Below, one piece after another: positions 25,141-36,854 of a stretch of DNA of 64,000 bases. The notes under the pieces are model-generated. The model was not told the DNA's origin and did not search any database. It was given only the letters and a program-made list of their open reading frames with translations. The translations under genes and the position numbers were made by a program. Numbering within the stretch: the first letter of the stretch is position 1; each line of letters starts with the position of its first letter. Source of the stretch: Scyliorhinus canicula (taxonomy: Eukaryota); NCBI RefSeq assembly GCF_902713615.1, contig NW_024055479.1:1-64000 (forward strand). The letters are read 5' to 3'.

Positions 25141-25475
25141 GGGCAGGACGGTAGCACAGTGGTTAGCACAATTGCTTCACAGCTCCAGGGTCCCAGGTTC
25201 GGTTCCCGGCTGGGTCACTGTCTGTGCGGAGTCTGCACGTTCTCCCGTGTGTGCGTGGGTTTCCTCCGGGTGCTCCTGTTTCCTCCCACAGTCCAAAGAT
25301 CTGTCGGTTAGGTGGACTGGTCATGTGCCTTAGTGTCCAAAATTGCCCTTAGTGTTGGGTTGGGTTACTGGGTTATGGGTGGAAGGTGGGATTGGGTAGC
25401 GTGCTCTTTCAAAGAGCCAGTACCGGGGCAGACTCGATGGGCCGAATGGCCTCCTTCTGCACTGTAAAGTCTATG
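25141..25475 (+). mobile_element. V-SINE directly behind the tRNA terminator
   Basis: Head GGGCAGGACGGTAGCACAGTGG, V-domain, CR1-type tail. Confidence 0.85.
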
Positions 25476-25539
25476 TTTCAAACAAACTAGAAGATAGTTT
25501 AACCTACACACAGAACTTTGCTCATTTTTAATAATAATA

Positions 25540-25822
25540 ATCTTAATTATTTTCACAAGTAGGCTGACATTAACACTGCAATGTTACTGTGAAAATCCCT
25601 AAAGTCGCCACAGTCCAGCGCCTGTTCGGGTACTCAGAGGGAGAATTCAGGACGCCAAATTCATCTAACAAGCAAATCTTTTGGGAGGAAACCGGAGCAT
25701 CCGGAGGAAACCTACCCAGACACGGGGAGAACATGCAGACTCTGTACAACAGTGACCCAAGTGGGAATCTAACCTGGGACCCTGGCGTTGTGAAGCAACA
25801 GTGCTTACCACTGTGTTACTGT
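25540..25822 (-). mobile_element. V-SINE variant with the alternative (GTGACAATAAA-type) tail
   Basis: V-domain plus a tail similar to that of the short SINE family. Confidence 0.75.
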
Positions 25823-26009
25823 ACTAAAGTTACGCAATCTAAATTCGAACTGTACAGTTATGGTTACTCTGCCCTGCAAGTCGAAACTGAATTATCTCAG
25901 AACCAGTCCTAATTAATGAGTCATTCCCGAGGATTTACTTCCGTTCTTTTCACAGTCAGGCAGCCTTTAATCCCAGAACTGTCTTTCACGGTGAAAGATT
26001 AGCCAGCTG

Positions 26010-27750
26010 CCAGAAAACCGAGAGTAGGCATAAATAGGCAATTTTCTGGTTGGCAAGGTGTAATGAGTGGTGTGTCACAGGGATCAGTGCTGGAGCCTCA
26101 ACATTTTACAATTTATATCAATGACTTTGATGATGGGACCAAAGGTATGCTCACTTAGTTTGCTGATGATGCAGGCAAAAAGGAAAAGGAGGTGGTGTTG
26201 CTCGGATAATAAGGGACGGCATCAGAACATTAGTAAGGGTGGATCTCAGATCAGGAATACAAAACCTGGAATATGTTTGGATGGAGCCAAGAAACTGCAT
26301 GGGGCAGGAAACATTGGTAAGAGCTGTTATAGGCCACCAAACAGTAGGGGTAGTGTGGGACATGGTATTAATCAGAGATTAGAGAAGTATGTAGCATGGG
26401 TAAAACAGTAATGGGTGACTTCAATCTGCATAAAGACTGGGTAAACTTAATGGGCACTGATGCTGTGCAGGACACGTTTCTGGGTGTGTTAGGGACAGAT
26501 TTCTACAGCAGTAAGTTGAGGAACCGACTAGAGAACAGGCTTTTGCAGATCTAATATTATGCAATGATAAAGGGCTAATTGATAATTGCGCTGAAAACAA
26601 TCTTTAGGGATGAGTGACCAGAATATTGAATCTGAGGTATTCCAATCCGAAGCCAGGGTATTAAGTTTGAAGGAAATTATGAACGTAGAAGGGATAAATT
26701 AGCTGAGGTGGATTGGGGTAAGTAAATTAAAATGTGTGACAGTCCACAGGCAATGGATAGACTTTCAATAATTATTACACAGTTTACATTCCTTCAAGGC
26801 ACAAGAACCCCAAAAGGTCAGAGAACCGTGACTACCAGAGGGAAATGAAATGAAAATCGCTTATTGTCACGAGTAGGCTGCAATGAAGTTACTGTGAAAA
26901 GCCCCTAGTCGCCACATTCCGGCGCCTGTCCGGGGAGGCTGGTACGGGAATCGAACCGTGCTGCTGGCCTGCTTTAAAAGCCAGCGAATTAGCTCAGTGA
27001 GCTAAACCAGCCCCTAGGAGTGAAGTTTTGTAAAAGATTGAAAGAAAAGGCCGATAATATTATCAGAAATAGGAATAAACCTGAGGATTGGGACGATTTT
27101 ATAATAGAGCAAAGGACCAAGACACCGAGAAAGCGAGGGAGAATAGAATATGAATGTGAACCAGCAAACTACATAAAAATGGACGGTGGTAAAGGTTTCT
27201 ATTTGCACGTAAAAAGGAAACGTTTGTCCGTTACAGATAGAGTCAGGAGAATTTAGAATGAGGAAAGCCACCTTGTTCAACACTCTGGGATGTGGATCAT
27301 CAGCTTTTGGGTATTTATTCACTTCCAACCCCATTAATTTCTCCAGTACTACTTTTTCACTAATTCTCATCTCTTACTGTTCCTTGTGCTCACGAGCCCC
27401 TTGGGTCTCTAGGGTTTGGGGGAAATTTTTGCATCTTCCTCCGTAAAGACAGACACACATTGTTTAGTTTCTCTGCCATTTCCTTACTCCCCATTATAAA
27501 CTCTCCTGTCTCTGCCTGGAATGGACCTATATTGGTCTTTGCTAATCTTTTCCTTTTCACATTCCTATCGAAGCTTTTCCAGTCGGTTTTTATGTTTCTC
27601 ACCAGTTTGCTCTCATCAGTTTCTTGATCCTCCTTTGCTGAATTCTAATGGATCTCATGAATCTTTAACTTTTCTTGTTAGCCATGGTTCCATCACTTTT
27701 CCTGTTGGATTTTTATTCTTTAAAGGAATCTATATTTGTTGTATTTATGT
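26010..27750. mobile_element. Mosaic of CR1 ORF2 fragments on both strands, with a short SINE at 26843-27015 (-)
   Basis: GV.QGSVL..FADD at ~26080-26170; KRKRLAKTNIGP on minus; SINE identical in type to 8557-8719. Confidence 0.7.
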
Positions 27751-27779
27751 GAAATAAAAGTTGCAAAAATCCCAGAGGA

Positions 27780-27985
27780 GCATAGGCTGCTCTCCCCTTT
27801 GACACAGAGAGAGCTGACTGGAGGTGATTTAACCCGAGGGTCAGCACACCTCAGGCGAGGGGCCTGGTTGAGAAGGCCGGGCCTTCATGAATAAACCCAG
27901 CCAGTACGGGAGTTGAATCCTCACTGTTGGCCTTGCTCTGCATCACCAACCAGTCGTCCAGCCAACTGAGCTGACCGACCCCCTG
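27780..27985 (-). mobile_element. tRNA-derived SINE, third family
   Basis: Head GGGGTCGGTCAGCTCAGTTGGCTGGACG; body CCCCTCGCCTGAGGTGTG; related copies at 48517-48712 (-) and 32480-32545 (+). Confidence 0.8.
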
Positions 27986-28448
27986 ATAAATATGTAATAA
28001 TTTCTTAAATATTAGGTATTCCCTGTACCAATCAGTTTCCCAATCCACCTCAGACAACTTGCCCCTCATACCCTGATAGTTTTCTTATGTGAGGAACACC
28101 CAGATAACTTAAACAAAAGAACCAGGTAACCACCAGGGCCCATCTCCATGGCAACATGGCATGCTTGGAGGGTTTGAAACAGAAATGGAAACTAAATATC
28201 TTCACACGACCAAACACCCTTTCACTCTGTGATCCTTGTGCAATTTGAAGCCATGTATTAGCAACAAGGCTCAAAGAGCATCAGCCGACTGGAGGCAAAG
28301 TTGTGAGACCGGCCAGTCCAGCAGAAAGAAACCCTCCGACCATCCCCACTGACCACCTGTCAGAATGAACAAAATGCAGTCCTGGCTGTAGAGCAGAAAC
28401 AATAACAGCAGAATCCAACCCCTGTAATCGATTGTGAAATTGTTGGTG

Positions 28449-29267
28449 TCACAGGAGGTGCGATGAAACATGTAATCCTGTCTCACATGGAGAGGTGGAC
28501 GGCGTCTCCCCAGTGTGAACTCGCTGGTGTCTCCGCAGGGTGAATAAACGAGTAAATCCTTTCCCACACTGAGAGCAGATCAATGGCCTCTCCCCAGTGT
28601 GAACTCGCTGGTGTGACTGCAGGTGAGATAACCGAGTGTATCCCTTCCCACACCGAGAGCAGGTGAAAGGCCTCTCCCCAGTCTGAACTCGCTGGTGTGT
28701 CCGCAGGTGAGATAATTGAGTAAATCCTTGCCCACACTGAGAGCAGGTGAATGGCCTCTCCCCAGTGTGAACTCGCTGGTGTCTCCGCAGGTTGGATACT
28801 TCAGCAAATCCTTTCCCACATTGAGAGCAGGTGAACGGCCTCTCCCCAGTGTGAACTCGCTGGTGTGACTGCAGGTTGAATACTCGAGTAAATCCTTTCC
28901 CACACTGAGGACAGGTGAATGGCCTCTCTCCAGTGTGAACTCGCAGGTGTCTCTGCAGGTGAAATAATTGAGTAAATCCCTTCCCACACTGAGAGCAGAT
29001 GAATGGCTTCTCCCCAGTGTGAATTCGCTGATGTGTCTGCAGGGTGGATAACCGAGTAAATCCCTTCCCACACTGGGAGCAGATGAATGGCTTCTCCCCA
29101 GTGTGAATTCGCTGATGTGTCTGCAGGGTGGATAACCGAGTAAATCCCTTCCCACACTTTGAGCAGCTGAATGGCCTCTCCCCAGTGTGACTGCGTTGAT
29201 GAATTTCCAGCTGAGATGGGACTCTGAATCCCTTCCCACAATCACCACATTTCCACGGTTTCTCCAT
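28449..29267 (-). CDS. Tandem C2H2 zinc-finger protein, 9 fingers (finger 7 has H to Q), decayed terminal finger
   Basis: [10 protein letters not shown].. start, regular TGE(R/K)PF linkers, open to TGA 28449; entry-exon acceptor CTTCCAG|G at 29618. Confidence 0.8.
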   Translation of the reverse strand: MEKPWKCGDCGKGFRVPSQLEIHQRSHTGERPFSCSKCGKGFTRLSTLQTHQRIHTGEKPFICSQCGKGFTRLSTLQTHQRIHTGEKPFICSQCGKGFTQLFHLQRHLRVHTGERPFTCPQCGKGFTRVFNLQSHQRVHTGERPFTCSQCGKGFAEVSNLRRHQRVHTGERPFTCSQCGQGFTQLSHLRTHQRVQTGERPFTCSRCGKGYTRLSHLQSHQRVHTGERPLICSQCGKGFTRLFTLRRHQRVHTGETPSTSPCETGLHVSSHLL

Positions 29268-30279
29268 GTTTTGGGTCTCCTCACGTCTCTCCAGGTTGGA
29301 CAATCAGTTGAAGCCTCATACACAACACGGGTACGGTCCCTCCCTGCTCTGAATGTTATGTTGTTCAGGCTGTGTAACTGGTTAAAGCTCTTTCCACAGT
29401 CAGTTCACTGGAACTCTCTCACTCGGGTGTGTGTTGTGTGGGTCTCGGTGCTTTTCCAGTCGCACTAATGGTTGAAATGTTTAGCTGACAGTTCGGGTAA
29501 ACATTTCTCCTTCTAGATTGAAAGCCCGATGGTATTCAGGTTCCAAAGAAGGGAGTGGCTGTCAGATCGGGACGTAACATTTGAGATTTCTAGCTGTAAT
29601 TCCTCCTTGTCTAATATCCTGGAAGAAACAATTTACAAAATTCATTACTGTCAGTACAGGATTGAAACTCAGAACAGACAATGCTAGTTTCTATGTCACA
29701 TTGTTTCCTCTCTCTTATTCCCTGAGAGCTGTAAATCTCCATCCCACACACTCTCCCTCCATTCTGACTCTGCTGTATCTAATATTCACTCTCCCAATTC
29801 TCCTGAAGGTGCTGATTCATGTTGATTGACAGATCCAAGCTCACAGCTTCCTGTCCAGGAGATCATAACAAAAATGAGTTGCAGTCGGCCATTCAGCCCA
29901 TTGAAGCTGAACCATTCAATGGGATCCTTAGCCGATCTACCTCAGCACCATTTTCCCACACTATCCCCATAGCCCTCGACATCTTCAATGTCCAGAAACT
30001 TGTCAATCTGTGTCTTGAACATACTTGACGACTGAAGCTGCAGAATCCTCGGAGGTAGAGAATTCCAAAGCTTCACCACATCCTCGAGTGAAGAAATCCC
30101 TCCCACCGGAATGGGATTAGCTTGTTTTCCGCAGGTTCTGGTGCCACTGACCTATGATCTGTCACTTATGCTGATTGCCTGGCACTCATCTACCTAATTC
30201 TTGAATTAATATTTGTTATCATGTCCCTGGAAGACTTCAGGGTTCGGTCTGGAAGGATTATGCTGTAAAAAGTGAAGAA

Positions 30280-31100
30280 ATGCGCTGATAAAACAGCGCA
30301 GGTGGATTCAGCGGGAATGAAGCCGCCTTTTCAACAATGCGGCCTGACCCTCAGGAGGTCTCACGATCCCGTGCTCTGTGGGGCTCTCTCAAGAGGTGCC
30401 GAAAATGTTGACTGCCGACATTATCCGTGTTACTGACCAGAGGCGGAGTGTGCTGACTCAATATCTGTGAGCTCATGAGGCCCAGCTGCAAAACACCAGG
30501 AAGAGGCTCGATGATCCGGAGGAGAGAACCTGAACATTCAGCAAGATGCCTCCTCGATGGAGGCAAGAATTCAATCCTTTGAAAACCAGCCGGGTGCCTG
30601 GCGGAGGTCCTGGAGGATTTGGAGAACCGAGTGTCGGAAAAAGAACATCCGAGTTGGCGGCCTGTCAGAAGGTGTGGATGGTAAGGCTCCCGTTAGTTCT
30701 TCGAGGACCGGAAGCCACGTTTTCTCAAGCTGGATGTGAAGCCTGGGTGTTTCAAATTAGAAAGGATGTATCGTATCCTGTCCCTGAGGCTGAGGGATAG
30801 TTTTCATCCCAGGCCTATAATCATTCACTTCCACAACTGGAAAGATCGGCAGAATGTCCTGGAGAGGGAACGGTGAGGTAGCGTCTGGCTCCAGAGGAGA
30901 GGGAGGATTTAGGACTTTCGGCAGCAACACAAACAAAGTGTCGAGGCTTCGATGAAGTTCAAAGGCAGCTCAAGCCCGTGGGTCGTAAATTACGTCAGGC
31001 TTTATCCTGAGACCCCAAAAATGGTCTCCAACAACTCCGTCAAGTCTTTCAATAATCCAACTATCGCCTTGGCCTTCATTAAATCCATGAAGGGCCAGGA
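30280..31100 (+). mobile_element. Old L1-type ORF1 remnant
   Basis: RKKNIRVGGLSEGVDG and downstream CTD-like remnants in broken frames. Confidence 0.6.
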
Positions 31101-31173
31101 TCTGGAGGGATGGTTTGCAGCTCGGACTAACTCAGGTTCTAATCCGAACTCTTTCCCTGTCATGGTATACTAT

Positions 31174-32188
31174 TTTTTTAAAATTTAGTGTACCCAATTC
31201 ATTTTTTTTCCAATTAAGGGGCAATTTAGTGTGGCCAATCCACCTAGCCTGCACATTTTTGGGTTGTGGGGCCGAAACCCACGCAGACATGGGGAGAATG
31301 TGCAAACTCCACATGGACAGTGACCCTGAGCCGGGATCGAACCTGGGTCCTCGGCGCCATGAGGCTGCAAGGCTAACCCCACTGCGCCACCGTGCTGCCC
31401 CTGTCATATTATTGTCTGTATTTCAGAATTACAGAAATACACATAGGGACAGGAGTAGGCCATTCAGCACCTCGAGTCTGTCCTGCCATTTAGTGAGATC
31501 ATGGCTGATCTGTGATCTAACTCCATATCCATTCATATCTTTGCTTAACAAAACTCTACCTCAGATTTAAACTTAACAACTAATGCAACTTCCCCTGCTG
31601 TTTGTGGGAAAGAGTTTCAAACCTCTCCCACCCTGTGTGTGAAGAAGTTCTTGCGAACATCTCTCCTGAATGGTCAAGCCCTAATTTTTAGACAATGATC
31701 CCTACTTTTGGAATCTCCAACCAGTGGAAATAGTTTATCTTTATCTACCCTGTCTTTCCCTGTTAATATCTTAAATACTTCAATCAGATCACACCTTAAC
31801 CTTCTAAATTCTACGGATCACAGGCCGAATTTATGGTTAAAACTTTGGGTAAGAGCCACTGCAATCTCTCCCTCTCCTCCCTCAGCATCCTGGGACACAA
31901 TTCATCCAGAATTAATAATCTAAGTGGTTAGCACTGGTGCTTCACAGCATCAGGGACTTGGGTTCGATTCCTGGCTTCGGAATCTGCACGTTCTCCCCGT
32001 GTCTGCGTGGGTTTCCTCCAGGTGCTCCGATTTCCTCCAACAAGTCCGGAAAGTTGAGCTTGTTAGATGAATTGGACGTTTTGAATTCTTCCTCTGCGTA
32101 CCTGAACAGGCGAGTGGGGGATTGTCACAGCAACTTCATTGCAGTGTTAATTTAAGCCTACTTGTGACACTAATATTAAAGATTATTA
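31174..32188. mobile_element. SINE (31174-31400 -), CR1 3' end (31430-31810 -), V-SINE (31922-32188 +)
   Basis: SINE heads and V-domains; CR1 tail. Confidence 0.75.
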
Positions 32189-32559
32189 TGAATGGGCCAA
32201 AGGGCCTCTGTCTGTGCTGTAAAGAGAGGGAATGAATGAGAAGGACTTTACAGAGAAACTGCCAAAGCCACAACATTCACCAGCTCTAAGGACACACCTT
32301 AGCTCCCTTTCCAAACTGAAAGCAGCCTGAGCTGGATTTACATTCCCCTTAATTCATCATTGCTGGGTGATAATCCTGTACTTCCTTACCTCTCACCACT
32401 GTGACAGCACCTTCACTACACAGACTGCAACAACTGACCAAACATCACCTTCCCAGTTATTCCTGAAGGCACCGCCTTCCCAACCTGGCCCCTTGCCTGA
32501 GGTGTGGTGATCCTCAGGTAACATCACCGCCGGTCAGCTCTCTGTCCCGGGACCAGGCC

Positions 32560-32720
32560 CTGCTTCACAACCGCCATCTTGGTTCACCGGGGAAGCAGAG
32601 CGCATGCGCTGGCGTCTTGGTTATGCAACAGCTGGTGGGCGGGGCCTGAAGGTTTCTGTTCCCAGCCGGGTCCTAGTGCCCGGGGTATATGCAGACAACA
32701 GGTTTTTAAGATCTTTCACC
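32560..32720. promoter_or_regulatory. Second CpG promoter, likely for the minus-strand ZNF gene, possibly bidirectional
   Basis: YY1 CCGCCATCTT 32571-32580; NRF1 GCGCATGCGC 32600-32609; GC box GGGCGGGGC 32637-32645. Confidence 0.65.
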
Positions 32721-33199
32721 CACTCGGCTGAAGCTGATGTTTGCAGCCTGGAGGTGTCTATGGATCACGTAGACATTCAGTGTGAGAGGCTGCAGCCTCT
32801 ATAAAGCTTCCTGAAGGGGGTTATACAACGGTTGATTACATTTCGTGGTCCTTTCCCGTCCATTATCAGGATGTTTGTGTGATATTTTCTGACCCTCAGT
32901 GTGATATTTCTTTATTTAAAATACAGTTCAGCAGCAGGCTTACTGGTGATTTTTAAAGGAATAAAGGTTATTTATTATCAGAACCTTTCCCTGGATGTTT
33001 GAGCATCTAAGTCTCTCGGCTCTTTCACTCACTGACACATACACAGATCAAGTTGAAGCTGTGATGATGAACATGGAATGTAGACTGCAATCTTTATATC
33101 GCTGCAGGTCTGATGTCTTCTTATTGAGTTCATCTTTTCGTTGGAGTGAAGCGTTTTTAGACACAAATAAGTTCTCATGAGTCTCTGAAGCCTCTTATA

Positions 33200-33630
33200 T
33201 GACCATAAGACATAGGAGCAGAATTAGGCCATTTGGCCCATCGAGTCTGCTCCGCCATTCAATCATGGTTTATATTGTTTCATCCCCATTCCCCTGCCTT
33301 CTCCTCATATCCCGTGATCCCCTTATTAATAAAGAACCTACCTATCTCTGCCTTAAAGACACTCAGTGAATTGGCCTCCACAGCCTTCTGCGGCAAAGTG
33401 TTCCACAGATTCACCCCCCTCTGGCTGAAGAAATTCCTCCTCATCTGTTTTAAATGATCGTCCCTTTAGTATGAGATGGTGTCCTCTGGTTCTAGTTTTT
33501 GCTGCAAGTGGAAACATCCTCTCCATGTCCACTCTATACAGGCCTCGCAGTATCTTGTAAGTTTCAATAAGATCCCCTCTCACCCTTCTAAACCCCAACG
33601 AGTACAGACCCAAAGTCCTCAAACGTTCTT
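33200..33630 (-). mobile_element. CR1 3' end
   Basis: RTLGLYSLGFRRVRGDLIETYKIL..RTRGH (ORF 33353-33622) and tail. Confidence 0.85.
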
Positions 33631-34428
33631 GTAGATGAAAAGCCAGGATGTTGGGTCTGAGGTGGGCTTGGAAGCTGGAATAAGTTCAGTCCTGTGGCTG
33701 CATTGGGAGACATTCAGCTCTGTTGGTCCAGCTGGTTCCTGGTGCTTCAGATGCTTCTCACACACACATTTGCTTTGTGCAGGGTTTATTATACTGCATC
33801 TCTGACAATTAACTATAGGGTTAAAACTCTGAGATCCAGAACACCCCGATGCAATAGCAGTTTACGATGCTCACTCATGCTTATCTTTGTATCAATTCAA
33901 GTTCATTCTCCTCAAATGCTAGTTCATCCTGACACAACGAAACATTTAAACTTCACAGGTGGCTGCAAAGTTTCCTTATTCAGGTCCGTGTTTAACTAAA
34001 TATTTGTCACAGTAACTTCATTTCAGTGTTAATATAAGCCTACTTGTGACAGTAAAGATTATTGTTATTATGGAGGTGTGTGAGTGGTTACTCGGGCTGC
34101 TGACTTCTGTTCCGTGGTCTTGTCTATTCCCAGTGGCCCTGCAGAGGGAGCAGGCGATATCCACCAGAATGTTTGACACCTTCCACACCCAGTGGATTCC
34201 TCAGCGGACAGAGTGTTTCAGAGACACTGGGAACAATATTCTGGTTCAGTTAGGAAAATTCCCTACACTTTTGTTGGGACTTCTAGCTGATTTTGGTCTT
34301 TTATTTTGACTGAACCACGTGCTTGGGGAAAGCAAGAGGGGAAAGGAGGTTCCATAGAAACTAGAATGATCTGTTGTGAATTTCTATCACATTCTTACAG
34401 TGATCACTTTTGTAAACTTCTATTTCAG

Positions 34429-34680
34429 GCATTAGAATGGGAGGACTGGCAGCTGGGCAACTCGAACCAAATATAACATCAAGATCTCACAGTCACTCAA
34501 TTCATTAGGATCTAAATATCACAAACTGTCAATGTGCTTGTCTGTTCTGACTGTGGGAAGAGATTTCAAACATCAGTGTGACTGGAAAAGCCCCGAGACA
34601 CACACACACCTGAGTAAGAGAGTTCCCGTGAACTGACTGTGGAAAGAGCTTTAACCAGTTACACAGCCTGAAAAACAATC
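34429..34680 (+). pseudogene. Truncated ZNF entry exon with first-finger remnants
   Basis: Acceptor TTTCAG|GC; paralogous to 10791 and 29400-29618; broken by a CR1 fragment. Confidence 0.7.
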
Positions 34681-35331
34681 TTGTTTCCTCTTGTGGGAGA
34701 GTCTAGGACCAGAGGGCATAATCTAAGAGTAAGGAGTCTCAAATTTAGGACAGAGACGAGGAAGCATTCTTCCATCAGAGGGGAGTGAATCTGTGGAATT
34801 CTTCAGCTGTGCAATCATCCTGTCTCTGGTGTTTACCATAAAAAGGCAAAGGTGAAGGTGACTTAACCCGGATGGACCGCATGGTGGCGCAGTGGCTCTT
34901 TCACTGAGGGGCCTTGAGTTCAGACACATCCCAGACAGGACTGGCGGGAAATATCTGTCTGGGAAAGGGGAGCAAACTGTATAATCGGGGAAAAGGATCA
35001 GTGTCGATGGACCTTAGAGAAAGGAGTTCAGATTAGTCTTATTTTTTCATTTTTCATTCAATATTTATTAAAATTTCAGCAAAAATATTACACAAAACTT
35101 TATTTTGATGTTTACAAAAGGGAACATAACGATTGAGTGTCACACTGAGAACAGAGCACATGCCCTCTGAGCTGCCAAATGTATGTACAACTGCAACAGA
35201 CACAAGAGAGAACAAGAGCTCAACATAAAGGGAAGGCAACAGTTGTTAATAAGGTACGAGATAAATTACTTATTTAGACATAGTAAGAAGTCTTACAACA
35301 CCAGGTTAAAGTCCAACAGGTTTGTTTCAAA

Positions 35332-35366
35332 CACGAGCTTTCGGAGCACGGCTCCTTCTTCAGGTG
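35332..35366 (-). ncRNA. Second, identical hammerhead ribozyme in the inverted PLE arm
   Basis: Exact reverse complement of 38974-39008. Confidence 0.8.
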
Positions 35367-35511
35367 AATGGAAAGGCTTGTTCCAGAAATGTTTATATAG
35401 ACACAGTCAGAGATGCCCCGGAATGCGAGCACCTGCAGGCAATCAAATCATCAAAGATGCAGAGAGAGAGGTAACTCCAGGTTAAAGGGGTGTGAATTGT
35501 CCCAAGCCAGT

Positions 35512-36735
35512 TCAGTCGGTAGGCCTCTGCAAGTCCAGGCTTGTTGGTGGGGGCCGAATGTAATGCGACATGAATCCCAGATCCCGGTTGAGTCCGCATT
35601 CATGCGTGCGGAACTTAGCTATAAGTTTTTGCTCAGCAATTTTGCGTTGTCGCGTCTCCTGAAGGCCTCCTTGTAGAATGCTGACCCGGAGATCAGAGGC
35701 TGAATGTCCTTGACTGCTGAAGTGTTCCCCAACTGGAAGGGAACAGTCCTGCCTGTTGATAGTCGCACGATGCCCGTTTATTCGTTGTCGCAGTGTCTGC
35801 ATGGTCTCGCCAATGTACCACGCTTCGGGACATCCTTTCCTGCAGCGTATGAGGTAGACTACATTGGTCGAGTCGCACGAGTATGCGCCGCGTACCTGGT
35901 GGGTGGTGTTTCCACGTGTAATGGTGGTGTCCATGTCGATGATCTGGCATGTCTTGCAGAGATTACCCTGGCAGGGTTTTGTGGTGTTGTGGTTGCTGTT
36001 CTGAAGGCTGGGTAATTTGCTGCAAACAATGGTTTGGTTGAGGTTGCGCGGTTGTTTGAAGGCCAGTAGTGGGGGTGTGGGGATGACCTTGGGAAGATGT
36101 CCATCCTCGCTGATGATGTGTTGGAGGCTGCGAAGAAGATGTCGTAGTTTCTCCGCCCCAGGAAAGTACTGGACGACGAAGGGTACTCTGTCAGTGGTGT
36201 CCCGTGTTTGTCTTCTGAGGAGGTCGGTGCGGTTTTTTGCTGTGGCGCGGTGGAACTGTCGATCAATGAGTCGAGCGCCATATCCCGTTTGTACGAGGGC
36301 ATCTTTCAGCATCTGTAGGTGTCTGTTGCGCTCCTCCTTGTCTGAGCAGATCCTGTGTATACGGAGGGCTTGTCCATAGGGGATGGCTTCTTTAATGTGT
36401 TTCGGGTGAAAGCTGGAGAAGTGGAGCATCGTGAGATTATCTGTGGGCTTGCGGTAAAGCGAGGTGCTGAGGTGACCGTCCTTGATGGAGACGAGTGTGT
36501 CCAAGAATGGAACTGAATTTGGAGAATAGTCCATGGTGAGTTTGATGGTGGGATGGAACTTATTGATGTCATCGTGTAGTCGTTTCAGTGATGTCTCGCC
36601 GTGGGTCCAAAGGAAAAAAATGTCATCGATGTATCTGGTGTATAGCATCGGTTGAAAGTCCTGTGTGGTGAGGAAGTCCTGTTCAAACTTGTGCATGAAG
36701 ATGTTGGCATATTGAGGTGCAAATTTGGTCCCCAT
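35512..36735 (-). CDS. Inverted duplicate of the PLE ORF C-terminal 407 aa
   Basis: Translation identical to the C-terminal part of 36855-38828. Confidence 0.85.
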   Translation of the reverse strand: MGTKFAPQYANIFMHKFEQDFLTTQDFQPMLYTRYIDDIFFLWTHGETSLKRLHDDINKFHPTIKLTMDYSPNSVPFLDTLVSIKDGHLSTSLYRKPTDNLTMLHFSSFHPKHIKEAIPYGQALRIHRICSDKEERNRHLQMLKDALVQTGYGARLIDRQFHRATAKNRTDLLRRQTRDTTDRVPFVVQYFPGAEKLRHLLRSLQHIISEDGHLPKVIPTPPLLAFKQPRNLNQTIVCSKLPSLQNSNHNTTKPCQGNLCKTCQIIDMDTTITRGNTTHQVRGAYSCDSTNVVYLIRCRKGCPEAWYIGETMQTLRQRINGHRATINRQDCSLPVGEHFSSQGHSASDLRVSILQGGLQETRQRKIAEQKLIAKFRTHECGLNRDLGFMSHYIRPPPTSLDLQRPTD

Positions 36736-36854
36736 GGCTGTTCCGTGCGTCTGGATGAAGAATTTGTTGTCGAAGGTGAAGACGTTGTGGTCTAGAATGA
36801 AACGGATGAGTTGCAGATTGGACCCCTTCGGAAGGCCGCTGCCCTAGACTCGAC

